From: Arthrobacter sp.
Lineage (GTDB): Bacteria > Actinomycetota > Actinomycetes > Actinomycetales > Micrococcaceae
Direction: 5' to 3'
Length of the DNA: 46,218 nucleotides
NCBI GenBank assembly: GCA_046708245.1
Contig: JBKKDK010000236.1
Location: 1 to 46,218, forward strand
The translations under genes were made by a program, and so were the position numbers. The notes under the pieces were generated by a model. That model was not told the DNA's origin, searched no databases, and worked only from the letters and a program-made list of their open reading frames with translations. Positions 18,764-28,033 of the stretch are shown here, in pieces; position 1 is the first letter of the stretch; every line of letters begins with the position of its first letter.

Positions 18764-19642
18764 CTAGCTCGCGGCATCCGCGGGCAGGGCTGCGGCGTTG
18801 GCGGCGGCGGCGCGGCGGATCTCCTTGACCTTGTCGATCTCCGGGGCAAGGTCCCGCATCCGGGTGGTCAGGTACTTGTCCAGGACTGAGTCCAGCGCGG
18901 CGTGGAATCCGGTCCTGTCCCGGCAGACCGCGTCAGTCACGGCAATTTTGAACTCCTCCTGGCCGCCAGCAGCCGTACCGGCCTCGGCGGCCTGCTGGGG
19001 ATTGGTGAATGAGGCGTAGGGCGATTCCATCATGCAGGACGCCCAGTCCCCGATGGCCTTGGCTACGCCGGAGTCACCGGCGGCGGACGAGGTCGCTACG
19101 AAAAACGAGTTGTATGCGCTGCCTGTGGCGAGCATGTAGTTCTCCGGACTGCCGTAAATCCGGGTCATGGCCTCCCCGCGGCAGCCGCCTGAGGCGGTTC
19201 CAAGCCCTTGCACGGTGGTCATCTGCGCGGTTCCGGCGCCGCCGGCGAGGGCCGTGTTAAAGGCCGGGTCGGCAAAGAGTCGGCCCTGTGCCGAGTCCGT
19301 CGCCGGTTCCCGGGGCCCCTGCGGCCCGGTGCTGGCGTAGCCGCTGGCTTTGGCGGCGTCGACCGTGAGCCGCTTGAATCCGATGGCTCCGTTGAGGTCC
19401 AGCGTCATGTCCAGGACGGCGGGCGTGTAGTAAAAACCGGCCCTCGCCATGCACAGCCGGACGGCTTCCTGCATGCCCCGTTCGGCGGCGGAATCGGCCT
19501 GGGCGTAGGCCTCCGCCTCGCGGATGATCCCGGGGACGGGTTCGGCGGCGGCGGTGACCGGCGGGGCCGGGATGGCTGCGGCGGCCAGCGCCCCGCCGGT
19601 GCCAAGAATGAGGATGGCAGTGCCAAAGATTTTCTTTTTCAT
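18764..19642 (-). CDS. Secreted hypothetical protein with four Cys
   Basis: Signal peptide MKKKIFGTAILILGTGGALAAA; CMARAGF, GGC, WASCM, DAVC; AAGGAA RBS. Confidence 0.75.
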   Translation of the reverse strand: MKKKIFGTAILILGTGGALAAAAIPAPPVTAAAEPVPGIIREAEAYAQADSAAERGMQEAVRLCMARAGFYYTPAVLDMTLDLNGAIGFKRLTVDAAKASGYASTGPQGPREPATDSAQGRLFADPAFNTALAGGAGTAQMTTVQGLGTASGGCRGEAMTRIYGSPENYMLATGSAYNSFFVATSSAAGDSGVAKAIGDWASCMMESPYASFTNPQQAAEAGTAAGGQEEFKIAVTDAVCRDRTGFHAALDSVLDKYLTTRMRDLAPEIDKVKEIRRAAAANAAALPADAAS

Positions 19643-19730
19643 GTTGGTTCCTTGGGTTGTTCTGGGCAATGCGGTGGCTGGCCCTTCCTTGTTAGGAAGG
19701 GGCCGGGGGCCTGCGGTGCGGGTTGTGGCG

Positions 19731-20387
19731 TTAGGTCAGTACGTTGTTTTCGTAGGCAAATGCAACGAGCTGGATCCTGTTCCGCAGCTTGAGCTTGGCC
19801 AGGATGCTTCCCACGTGGGATTTCACGGTGGCTTCGCTGAGCACCAGCGACGCGGCGATTTCGGCGTTTCCCAGACCTTTCGCGGTCAGGCGAAACACGT
19901 CGCGTTCCCGCCCGGACAGGTCCGCGAGCGCGGCAAAATTCCCGGCTGCAGGTGTGGTGTAGTCGCGGAGGAGCGCGTTGGTGATCGCCGGGGCAATGAC
20001 CGAGTGGCCGGAGTGCACTGTCCGGATGGCCGCCAGTAGGAAGTCCGGTGTGGTGTCTTTGGTCAGGAAGCCGGCCGCGCCCGCCTGGATCGCGCGGACC
20101 ACGGCTTCGTCGTGCTGGATGGTGGTCAAAACGATGATTCGGGTAGCCGCGCCCCAAGGCGTTGCCAGGATCCTCTTCGTGGCGGTGATGCCGTCCATGA
20201 CGGGCATCCGAATGTCCATCAGGAGCACATCCGGGCGCTTCTCGTCCGCGAGCCGGACCGCGGCGTCCCCGTCGACGGCCTCGCCGACGAGGTCCATGTC
20301 CGCCTGGCTGCGCAGGATCATCTTGAGCCCGGCGCTGAACAGCGGCTGGTCATCGGCCAGGGCAATCCGGATCGGTGCGGCAGTCAT
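19731..20387 (-). CDS. NarL/LuxR family response regulator
   Basis: IALADDQ, DVLLMDIRMP, LSGRERDV...SEATVKSHV HTH. Confidence 0.95.
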   Translation of the reverse strand: MTAAPIRIALADDQPLFSAGLKMILRSQADMDLVGEAVDGDAAVRLADEKRPDVLLMDIRMPVMDGITATKRILATPWGAATRIIVLTTIQHDEAVVRAIQAGAAGFLTKDTTPDFLLAAIRTVHSGHSVIAPAITNALLRDYTTPAAGNFAALADLSGRERDVFRLTAKGLGNAEIAASLVLSEATVKSHVGSILAKLKLRNRIQLVAFAYENNVLT

Positions 20388-21643
20388 GCCTTGGCCCCTT
20401 CCAGGGCCCGGGCGGGGGGATCCTTCGCGGCAGTTCCGGGGTGCTGGCCCGGACCTGCGGACGGGAGGAAGGCCAGCACTTCGAAAGTCTCTTCGCCGCA
20501 CACGGTTTCGACCCAGCCGCCCGCGGCTGCCGCGCGGGCTGCCATGCCGGCCATCCCCCGTCCGGATGGTGCTGTCTGCGGCGTAGACGCCTGGCCGCGG
20601 ATGGGCCAGGACCGGACGCGGAGCTCGAGGGATTCGGCGGTCCAGACCAGATGCAGGCGGGCGCCCTGGCTCCGGTCCGCATGCTTGAACGCATTGGTCA
20701 GGCTCTCCTGTGCCAGCCGGTAGACCGTCAGCTCCTGCAGGGTGGTCATGTCCCAGGGCGATCCTTCCGTCTGAATCTCGACCGCCATGCCGCTGGAACG
20801 CAGCCGTTCGGCCAGGGCCGCCAGATCCTCGATCCGTTGCGCCGGCTGGTCGGAGGCCTCCGTCGCAAACCCTTCGATCAACCTGCGCGTTTCGACCAAA
20901 GCAGTCCGGGCAGATTCGGCGATGACCGCGGAAGCTTCCCCGACAGATTCTGGTTCCGCGCGGTGGATGAACCGCATCCCGTCGGCCTGGGCCACGATGA
21001 CCGTCAGTGAATGCGCCAGCACATCATGCAGCTCCCTCGCGATCCGGTTGCGTTCCTGTTCAAGCGCGAGCTCGGTTGCTGTTGCCTGCAGCCGGGACTC
21101 GGCCGCAAGCTGGGCTTTCCTGCTGCTGGAGGCCCTGTTGACGGCCATGCCGACGGCCCAGGCACCGAGATTCAAGGCGGCAAACGCACCAAGGATCAGG
21201 AAAGCGTAGCTAAGGCTGCGCAGAACCCCCCTGCCGTACAGCTGATTGCCGAAGATGAAATTGATCCAGGCCTGGTCCGTGAACCAGTTGACGGTTGTGA
21301 TGCCGGCAAATACGACGGCGGCCCCCGGCAGGACCCATCGGCGCCTGCCCTGCCACGCTATTACAGCGAAGAAGATGACGACCGGAACCGCGGCGTAGCT
21401 CAGCACCCCGGACAAAAGCACCACCGGGAAGACCTTGAGGCTCTGGAGTGCCAGGGCGACCAAAACCACTCCCAAAGCTGCCGCCGGCACGGCTTCTGCC
21501 ACCGCCACACCGGTAAGGAGCGCCAGGAGGAGTGCGCTGTTCTGGTCGAACTGGCGCTCCTCCAGGACCAGGAGCGTCCCGAGCAGCACTACGGCCGTGG
21601 CCGGCGCCGCGAGGGGCCTCAGATACTTGGTGGTCTTGAACAT
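20384..21643 (-). CDS. HisKA_3 sensor histidine kinase
   Basis: N-terminal TMs; ERNRIARELHDVLAHSL; QESLTNAFKHA; GRGMAGM. Confidence 0.93.
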   Translation of the reverse strand: MFKTTKYLRPLAAPATAVVLLGTLLVLEERQFDQNSALLLALLTGVAVAEAVPAAALGVVLVALALQSLKVFPVVLLSGVLSYAAVPVVIFFAVIAWQGRRRWVLPGAAVVFAGITTVNWFTDQAWINFIFGNQLYGRGVLRSLSYAFLILGAFAALNLGAWAVGMAVNRASSSRKAQLAAESRLQATATELALEQERNRIARELHDVLAHSLTVIVAQADGMRFIHRAEPESVGEASAVIAESARTALVETRRLIEGFATEASDQPAQRIEDLAALAERLRSSGMAVEIQTEGSPWDMTTLQELTVYRLAQESLTNAFKHADRSQGARLHLVWTAESLELRVRSWPIRGQASTPQTAPSGRGMAGMAARAAAAGGWVETVCGEETFEVLAFLPSAGPGQHPGTAAKDPPARALEGAKA

Positions 21644-21693
21644 GCTTTCACCCTAGACGGGCCGTTGCACCCGCAAAGCGCATTCCGGCGCAG

Positions 21694-21732
21694 TTCCATC
21701 CCGATGATGAACAAGTTCCCCCCGAGGGATGA
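21694..21732. promoter_or_regulatory. Imperfect direct repeat (22-bp period), candidate response-regulator site
   Basis: TTCCATCCCGATGATGA and TTCCCCCCGAGGGATGA upstream of the kinase, which has TAGGGT 6 nt before its ATG (leaderless-type). Confidence 0.4.
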
Positions 21733-21843
21733 CCGGCTTGTTGCCAAAGCGGCCCGGGAGGGCCACAGTGAAGTAGGTCACACCTTGGCCGGGATCCGGC
21801 CGCGGCTCTCCCGGGAGCCGTGTACCAGCCGTGGAGGTCACCC

Positions 21844-23307
21844 ATGAGCACGACTTCAGAGCAAGTGTTCGACGCAACTCCCGAAGGTGACGCACCCGCG
21901 CTAAAGCGGGTCCTCGGCCCCAAGCTCCTGCTGCTCTTCATCGTCGGCGACATCCTTGGCGCCGGGATCTACGCCGTCACCGGAACCATGGCCGGCACGG
22001 TCGGCGGCCTCGTCTGGCTGCCGTTTCTGCTGGCCTTTGTCGTCGCCACGCTGACGGCATTCTCCTACCTGGAACTGGTCACGCAGTATCCCCAGGCGGC
22101 AGGGGCGGCGCTGTATGCGCACAAGGCCTTCGGGATCCACTTTGTGACCTTCCTGGTTGCGTTTGCCGTCGTCTGCTCCGGCATCACGAGCGCCTCGACG
22201 TCCGCGAACGTGCTCGCCCAGAACTTCTTCGGCGGCCTGGAAATCAACGGCTGGATGGGCCCGGCAGGGGAAGGCGCCGTCACCGCCGTCGCGCTGGGCT
22301 TCATGCTGCTGCTGGCCGTGATCAACCTGCGCGGCGTGGGCGAGAGCGTGAAGTTCAACGTAGTGCTCACCCTCGTGGAGATGATCGCCTTGTGCATCGT
22401 GATCGGCGTCGGCTTCTTCGTCATGGCGCAGGGCACCGGCAACGCTGGTGAAATATTCGTTTTCACCGACTACCAGGACAAGGGCCTGTTCCTCGCTGTC
22501 ACTGCAGCCACCTCCATCGCGTTCTTCGCGATGGTTGGCTTTGAGGACTCGGTGAACATGGTCGAGGAGACGCATCACCCGGAGCGGATCTTCCCGCGGA
22601 CCATGCTGACCGGCCTCGGCATTGCAGTGATCCTCTACATGCTGGTGGCCGTGTCCGTGGTCAGCGTGCTCTCGCCCACCGAACTCGAGGGGATCAGGGA
22701 GGCCGAGGGTGCCGCGCTCCTCGAGGTTGTGCACAAGGGCTCGCCGGACTTCCCGATCGACAGAATCTTCCCGTTCCTCGCAGTCTTCGCCGTAGCCAAC
22801 ACGGCGCTGATCAATATGCTGATGGCCAGTCGGCTGATCTACGGCATGGCCCGCCAGGACGTCCTGCCGCGGCCGCTGGGAAAGGTGCTGCCGGGGCGCC
22901 GGACGCCGTGGGCGGGCATCGTCTTCTCCACCGTTCTGGCGCTGGGACTGATTCTGTACGTCACCAGCGATCCGAAGAGCAACGTCGTCGCGAACCTCTC
23001 CGGCACAACAGCCTTCCTGCTGCTTTGTGTGTTCACCGTGGTGAATGTGGCGTGCCTTGTGCTCCGCCGCAAGAGGGACCCCAACCGCAAGGTGTTCTTC
23101 ACCTCGCCAGGGCCGCTGCCGCTCGTCGCGGCCCTGCTGTGCGCCTTCCTCGCCGGCCCGTGGGTCGGCCGCAACGTCATCCAGTACCAGATCGCCGGTG
23201 GGCTGATGGCGATCGGTGTCCTGCTGTGGTTCATCACGTGGTTGATCACCAGGCGCAGCAACACCGGTCCGGCCGAACCCGTCGGAACTGACAGCATCCG
23301 GAAGTGA
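21844..23307 (+). CDS. APC family amino acid permease
   Basis: GDILGAGIYA, FFAMVGFED, ASRLIYGMAR; many TM segments; GGAGG RBS. Confidence 0.92.
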   Translation: MSTTSEQVFDATPEGDAPALKRVLGPKLLLLFIVGDILGAGIYAVTGTMAGTVGGLVWLPFLLAFVVATLTAFSYLELVTQYPQAAGAALYAHKAFGIHFVTFLVAFAVVCSGITSASTSANVLAQNFFGGLEINGWMGPAGEGAVTAVALGFMLLLAVINLRGVGESVKFNVVLTLVEMIALCIVIGVGFFVMAQGTGNAGEIFVFTDYQDKGLFLAVTAATSIAFFAMVGFEDSVNMVEETHHPERIFPRTMLTGLGIAVILYMLVAVSVVSVLSPTELEGIREAEGAALLEVVHKGSPDFPIDRIFPFLAVFAVANTALINMLMASRLIYGMARQDVLPRPLGKVLPGRRTPWAGIVFSTVLALGLILYVTSDPKSNVVANLSGTTAFLLLCVFTVVNVACLVLRRKRDPNRKVFFTSPGPLPLVAALLCAFLAGPWVGRNVIQYQIAGGLMAIGVLLWFITWLITRRSNTGPAEPVGTDSIRK

Positions 23308-23323
23308 CGGGATCCGGACACCA

Positions 23324-23371
23324 AAACGCCCCCGCGCCGGCCAGGAAGGGCGGTGCGGGGGCGTTTCGTTT
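23324..23371 (+). terminator. Intrinsic terminator
   Basis: AAACGCCCCCGCGCC...GGTGCGGGGGCGTTT followed by CGTTT just after the APC stop. Confidence 0.75.
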
Positions 23372-23577
23372 GGCCCTGACGGTATTGGGGGATACGACAG
23401 GACCGGCTAAACCGTAGGCCTGAAGATTTGCAAAGTCAATCAACCGCAGGGAAGCCCCTAAAAGCGCATCCCGGCCGGCCCCCCAAAACCGCCGGCCGGA
23501 ATGCGGTGGTCGCGGCAGCCTGCCTGCACCGACTATTGCGGCTGCAGGCGGTGCCACATCGAATGGCGAAATAGGCA

Positions 23578-23634
23578 TTAGACATGTCCAATTTCCGCTC
23601 TCGCAGAATATGCAAGTTATTTGGACATGTCCAA
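23578..23634. promoter_or_regulatory. Twin 14-bp palindromic operators
   Basis: TTAGACATGTCCAA (23578-23591) and perfect TTGGACATGTCCAA (23621-23634), 43 bp apart, upstream of the EspR-like gene. Confidence 0.75.
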
Positions 23635-23689
23635 TCCGGTGCTAAAGTGGACGGGCACCGCACCGAGACCGCAACAAAAAGGAGCCGAC

Positions 23690-24169
23690 GTGACGAACAG
23701 CCCGTCGAGTGAGTCCCGGCCTGGAGCGGATCTGGCCCGGAAGCTGAACCTGCTGCTAGATTCGGCAGAGGCCGCGGGCCGGAAGATTGGTTTCAACGAG
23801 GTCCGCGATGCCATGTCCGCGGCCGGAACGCCGATCTCCCGCGCCAGGTGGCACTACATGCGCGCAGGCTCGGGCCCGGCTGTCAAGAAGACGGAGCTCC
23901 TGCAGAATCTTGCCGGATTCTTCGGCGTGAACCGCGACTACCTCCTGGACGGCGAGGAGGATCTCCCGCCGAAGGTTGAGGCGCAGCTGGAACTGCTGGC
24001 CAGCATGAAGGCCCAGAAGGTCCGGAACTTTGCTGCCCGCCAGCTGGACGGGCTCTCCCCCGAGACGCTGCTCCAGATCAGGGACCTCATTGACGAGCAC
24101 CTTGCCGACGCGACGTCGGCTGAGGCAATGCCGCCTGAGGCCACGCCCCCGGGACCCGGCTCCCCCTGA
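23690..24169 (+). CDS. EspR-like (XRE-type) HTH DNA-binding protein
   Basis: LARKLNLLL...ISRARWHYMRAG...LLQNLAGFFGVNRDYL...ELLASMKAQKVRNFAAR..GLSPETL resembles the EspR HTH plus dimerisation helices; AAGGAG RBS, GTG start. Confidence 0.75.
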   Translation: MTNSPSSESRPGADLARKLNLLLDSAEAAGRKIGFNEVRDAMSAAGTPISRARWHYMRAGSGPAVKKTELLQNLAGFFGVNRDYLLDGEEDLPPKVEAQLELLASMKAQKVRNFAARQLDGLSPETLLQIRDLIDEHLADATSAEAMPPEATPPGPGSP

Positions 24170-24237
24170 TACGCTCCTCCTGTGGAGGACGGGGCCTTGC
24201 GGGCTCATCACAGGAAACGACCCAAGGACCCCCTGAC

Positions 24238-24720
24238 ATGGACTACAGCGCCGCCCGGGAACGGGCCCGAGCCGCGGAAGATCACCTGAATTTGCAGGAG
24301 CCTGTGTCCCTGCAGTCCGTCCACACCCATCTGGAGTCCGCCCGGGGTCGAAAAATCGTCATAAAACCCATCAGCCACACCCCGACGGACAAGGTTTGCG
24401 GCCTGTGGTTTGGCCTTGATGACCTGGACCTGATCCTTCACGCCCGGGCAGCGTCGGAAGTGCACCGCCGGCAGATCATCCTCCACGAATTTGCCCACAT
24501 GATCCTGGGCCACGATCTGGAGGAGATGCCGCATGATTTCGCCCGGCCCTTCTTCCCGGACCTGGACCCGGAGCTTGTCGTCAAGGCCCTCCAGCGCAGT
24601 GATTTCTTCAACCAGTTCGAGGTGACCGCGGAACTCCTTGCCGACCGGCTCGCCGCCCGGATCCGCCGTTCCCGGCGCCCTGACGGGCAGCCCGGCAACT
24701 TCGGGGCTGTCTTCGGATGA
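24238..24720 (+). CDS. ImmA/IrrE-like HExxH zinc metallopeptidase-fold protein
   Basis: VCGLW...HRRQIILHEFAHMILGH...FEVTAE. Confidence 0.75.
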   Translation: MDYSAARERARAAEDHLNLQEPVSLQSVHTHLESARGRKIVIKPISHTPTDKVCGLWFGLDDLDLILHARAASEVHRRQIILHEFAHMILGHDLEEMPHDFARPFFPDLDPELVVKALQRSDFFNQFEVTAELLADRLAARIRRSRRPDGQPGNFGAVFG

Positions 24721-25682
24721 TGCATTTCATGATGGCCGGGGCCTTGTTTCTGCTGGCCCTGGCCCGCATTCCCGCCGTGCGCAAAAACCTCCGGGACCCG
24801 GTGTTCCTGGCTGCGATCTTCGCCGGCGTGTCATCTTTCCTGACGAACCCCGGCGTCTACCTGTTCGTGGATACCCGGCTGGGCGGCACCAACCTGGCCA
24901 AGCTGGCAGTGGACACCTTCATCGTGATCGGCCTCTGGTTCCTGCGGGCAGCCGTTGTGAACGCCGTCTCCCCTGTCGCTGATGGGCGGGCTGCATGGAT
25001 CCACTGCCTTCCGGTGGTCGTGACCATTGCGCTGCAGACCACGTTCTTCGTCCTGGCCGGGCCCCTGCCCTCAACCAGCGCCTGGGGCCAATACCATGTG
25101 CACCCGTTCGCTGCTCTGTTCTCGTTGATGATGGTCGCCTTCAACGCGTGGTGCTGCGCCGGGATCGCGCGTGCGTGCTGGCGGTTCGTGCCCAGGATGC
25201 GCCAGTCGTTCCGGATCGGATTCGCCATGGTGGGCGTGGGCTCAACCCTCGGGGCGCTAACCCTGACCTTGATGGCCCTGGGCATCTTCAGCCGGGCGTA
25301 CCCGGACCTGCCCGACTTCATCCACAAGGCAGCGAAGGCCCCGTTCCTGCTGATGGAGCTGGTGTCGATCGTCTTGGTCGGAATCGGCCTGACAATCCCA
25401 CCCATCGCCGGCCACGCCGCGCGCCGGCGTGCGGCCCTCCGCATCGACCGGCTGATCGCAAAGGTCGCACCGATCCGCGAGAAGGCCTTGAAGAATGCGG
25501 ACATGGAGCGGGTCCTCCAAACCGATGCCGACGCCGGGCCGCAGGAACGCCTGCACCGGATGATCGTTGAAATCTGGGACGCGGAACTGGCCGCCGGCGG
25601 CGGCCGCTCCGCGTTGACCGCTGAAGACCGGGCGGTCGTGCTCCTCGCGGAATCGGAATTCGGCCTGGAGCGCACCGCATGA
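24717..25682 (+). CDS. Multi-pass membrane protein, MAB_1171c/DUF6545-like
   Basis: About 7 hydrophobic segments, then a cytoplasmic tail with RLHRMIVEIWDA; ATGA overlaps on both sides. Confidence 0.7.
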   Translation: MMHFMMAGALFLLALARIPAVRKNLRDPVFLAAIFAGVSSFLTNPGVYLFVDTRLGGTNLAKLAVDTFIVIGLWFLRAAVVNAVSPVADGRAAWIHCLPVVVTIALQTTFFVLAGPLPSTSAWGQYHVHPFAALFSLMMVAFNAWCCAGIARACWRFVPRMRQSFRIGFAMVGVGSTLGALTLTLMALGIFSRAYPDLPDFIHKAAKAPFLLMELVSIVLVGIGLTIPPIAGHAARRRAALRIDRLIAKVAPIREKALKNADMERVLQTDADAGPQERLHRMIVEIWDAELAAGGGRSALTAEDRAVVLLAESEFGLERTA

Positions 25683-26530
25683 GCCTGTCTGACCGACTAC
25701 TGCACCCAACCCGGCGTGCCCGGCCCGAGGGCGGCGACCTGTTCGGGATCTACCGCAACATGGTCCTGATCGACTTCCAGAAGGAGATCCACGCGGGCTT
25801 CTTTGCCTCGTACTACCGGAACTTCGCCGTCCCCTCCATTGCCCGTACCCTGGCGGACCGCGGCGAAATGAAGGCCCGGCCCATGAAGCGCTCCTATGAC
25901 ACCGGGATCGTCATCCACGAGATCATCGCCAATGGGTTCGACAGCGAACGCGGGCTGGCCATGACAGAACTGCTGCGCCGGGTCCACAAGGGTGTCCCCG
26001 GCAGCAGCGATGATTTCCTGTACGTCCTGATGACCCTCCTTGTCCTGCCGATGCGCTGGATCGAGCAGCACGGCTGGCGCCAGCTGACGTTGCTTGAGGA
26101 GGAAGCCGCGGTCGCGTTCTACGCTGAACTGGGCCGGCGCATGGGGCTCGAGCCCGCCCCGGCCACCTTGCAGGAGGCAAACCGTTTCCTGGCTGACTAT
26201 GAAGACCGGAACCTCGGCCCGAGCCGGGAAGGCGCGGGCCTCCTGGCGGCCACCGTGGAGGCACTGAAGGTCCGGCTGCACCCGGCGCTTCGACCGCTGA
26301 CGCCGGTGGTGCTGGCGCTCATGATGGACCAGCCCAGGGTGGCCGTGGCCTTAGGCCTGAAGCCGGCACCGGCAGCGCTGCGGGCCGCTTACAGCGCGGT
26401 GCTGCGGTACCGCGCCGTACGCGCCAGGATGACGCCCCTGCCCACCACCCCGTCGTTCACCCCGGGAGGCCGGATGTCCGCGTACCCGGACGGTTACACG
26501 CTGGATCAGATCGGGCCCGCGCACTCGTAG
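25679..26530 (+). CDS. MpaB/Lcp (DUF2236) heme oxygenase family protein
   Basis: YYRNFAVPSIA, KRSYDT (RxxxT), LRRVH, DDFLYVL, GWRQLT..E. Confidence 0.85.
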   Translation: MSLSDRLLHPTRRARPEGGDLFGIYRNMVLIDFQKEIHAGFFASYYRNFAVPSIARTLADRGEMKARPMKRSYDTGIVIHEIIANGFDSERGLAMTELLRRVHKGVPGSSDDFLYVLMTLLVLPMRWIEQHGWRQLTLLEEEAAVAFYAELGRRMGLEPAPATLQEANRFLADYEDRNLGPSREGAGLLAATVEALKVRLHPALRPLTPVVLALMMDQPRVAVALGLKPAPAALRAAYSAVLRYRAVRARMTPLPTTPSFTPGGRMSAYPDGYTLDQIGPAHS

Positions 26531-26555
26531 CGTCCGGATAAATTATCGGCCCTCG

Positions 26556-26583
26556 TGTAACCATTTAGCTGTTCCCGGACAAT
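26556..26583 (+). promoter_or_regulatory. Candidate ECF-type autoregulatory promoter
   Basis: TGTAACC (-35-like, AAC core) and GACAAT ending 7 nt before the sigma ATG; no RBS, consistent with a leaderless transcript. Confidence 0.45.
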
Positions 26584-26590
26584 ACAGGGC

Positions 26591-27184
26591 ATGGGGAACA
26601 TGGATTCCGGAGACGTCGGGCTGTGGTCACGAAGCATCGGGGGCGACGGCGCTGCCTTCGGGGAGTTGTTCGATAGGCACCGCGACCGGGTTTTCCGCCA
26701 CGCCTACCGGCTGTCCGGAGCCCGCCATGATGCGGAGGACATCATGTCCACGGCGTTCCTTGAGCTCTGGAGACGCCGGGGAAAGGTGCGGCTCGTTGAA
26801 GGCTCCGTTCTTCCCTGGCTGCTCGTCACAACGACGAATATTGCACGCAACACCGGGCGGGCAGCCTTTCGCTACCGCAGGCTCCTCCGTTCCCTCCCGC
26901 GGAGCGATGGCGCGCTCGACGCCGCTGCCGGGGGCTCCCATATGGACGAAGGCGCGGACAAGAACGTGGCGCTGGCCCTCGGCACGCTGAACGCCACGGA
27001 CTTGCAGCTGGTGAGCCTGGTGATATTCGAGGAGTACACCCTCGCGGCGGCCGCGGCCGTCCTAAACCTGACTCCGGGCGCGGCGAAGACCCGCATGCAC
27101 CGGGCGCGGCAGCGCATGAAGGCAGCAATCGATGGAGCGGCCGGTCCAATGCGCGCCCCGGCAGTGGAAGGAGAACAGCCATGA
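26591..27184 (+). CDS. ECF RNA polymerase sigma factor
   Basis: AFGELFDRH, DAEDIMSTAFLELWRRR, PWLL, GAAKTRMHRAR. Confidence 0.92.
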   Translation: MGNMDSGDVGLWSRSIGGDGAAFGELFDRHRDRVFRHAYRLSGARHDAEDIMSTAFLELWRRRGKVRLVEGSVLPWLLVTTTNIARNTGRAAFRYRRLLRSLPRSDGALDAAAGGSHMDEGADKNVALALGTLNATDLQLVSLVIFEEYTLAAAAAVLNLTPGAAKTRMHRARQRMKAAIDGAAGPMRAPAVEGEQP

Positions 27185-27933
27185 ACCCCCTTCGCGTCGA
27201 TGATGCGTTCAGCGATGCCCTCCGGGCGGAACTGGTCTCTCGTGTCAACACGACGGCCCCTTCGCCGCGGCGGACGCATGCCCGGCTCTGGCTGGCAGCC
27301 GGGTCGGTGGCCGGTGCCGGCCTGCTGGGCGGCATGGCCGCGGGAGTTTTTGTGCTGCCCGGTCCCCAGCAGGCCGTTCCGCAGTCCTCCGCGCTGGCGT
27401 CCTACCAGGTGGAGGACACCCTGGCTGCTTTCGGCAGAATGACCCTGGACTACAATCCGTTCCATTCCCCGGAGGAGATTGCCGCAGCCAGCCAAGTGGT
27501 GGTCCAGGGGACCGTGGAGGGAGTTCGGAATGGACGGACCGGCACTGGCCTGCGCTCCGTTGTCCTGATCCTGCGCACCGACCGCACAGTCAAGGGCAAC
27601 CTGCCGCCGGGCAACGACGGGAACGTCTACCTGGAACTGTATGGCGCAAACAGCCCGGATCCGCTGTACTTCTCGAAGGCCTTTCCCACGGGAGCCGCGG
27701 TGGTCGCGTACCTGGTGCCCGCCTGGGACGGCGCCCCCAGCGAAGGGACCGACGCGACGATCGACAACCCGAAAGCCGGCCGTCCGGACGGGCAGGCATT
27801 GTTCCTTCCCGCCGGACCGCAGGGCCTCACCTTTCAGGTCGGAAACCACGACGTCGTGTGGCCGCTTATCGGCGAACGGGCCCCGGGGAAAATTGCCGAC
27901 ACCCTGCCCGGCGGCGACCTGATCAGGGGATAA
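27181..27933 (+). CDS. Putative single-TM anti-sigma factor
   Basis: ATGA-coupled to sigma; short N-terminal helix, one TM, extracytoplasmic domain. Confidence 0.6.
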   Translation: MNPLRVDDAFSDALRAELVSRVNTTAPSPRRTHARLWLAAGSVAGAGLLGGMAAGVFVLPGPQQAVPQSSALASYQVEDTLAAFGRMTLDYNPFHSPEEIAAASQVVVQGTVEGVRNGRTGTGLRSVVLILRTDRTVKGNLPPGNDGNVYLELYGANSPDPLYFSKAFPTGAAVVAYLVPAWDGAPSEGTDATIDNPKAGRPDGQALFLPAGPQGLTFQVGNHDVVWPLIGERAPGKIADTLPGGDLIRG

Positions 27934-28033
27934 CCCCTTTGGTCCCTACCCACCCGGCTGCGGCAGTGCCAGTATGTTGGAAATCAGGTGCAATAAAGGC
28001 GGCCAGGCTCCGGGCGGAAAGGACGCATGGACC

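Noticed and set aside
23372-23577. Possible riboswitch or sRNA in the long intergenic region
   Set aside because: Only GC-rich hairpins; no aptamer consensus recognised
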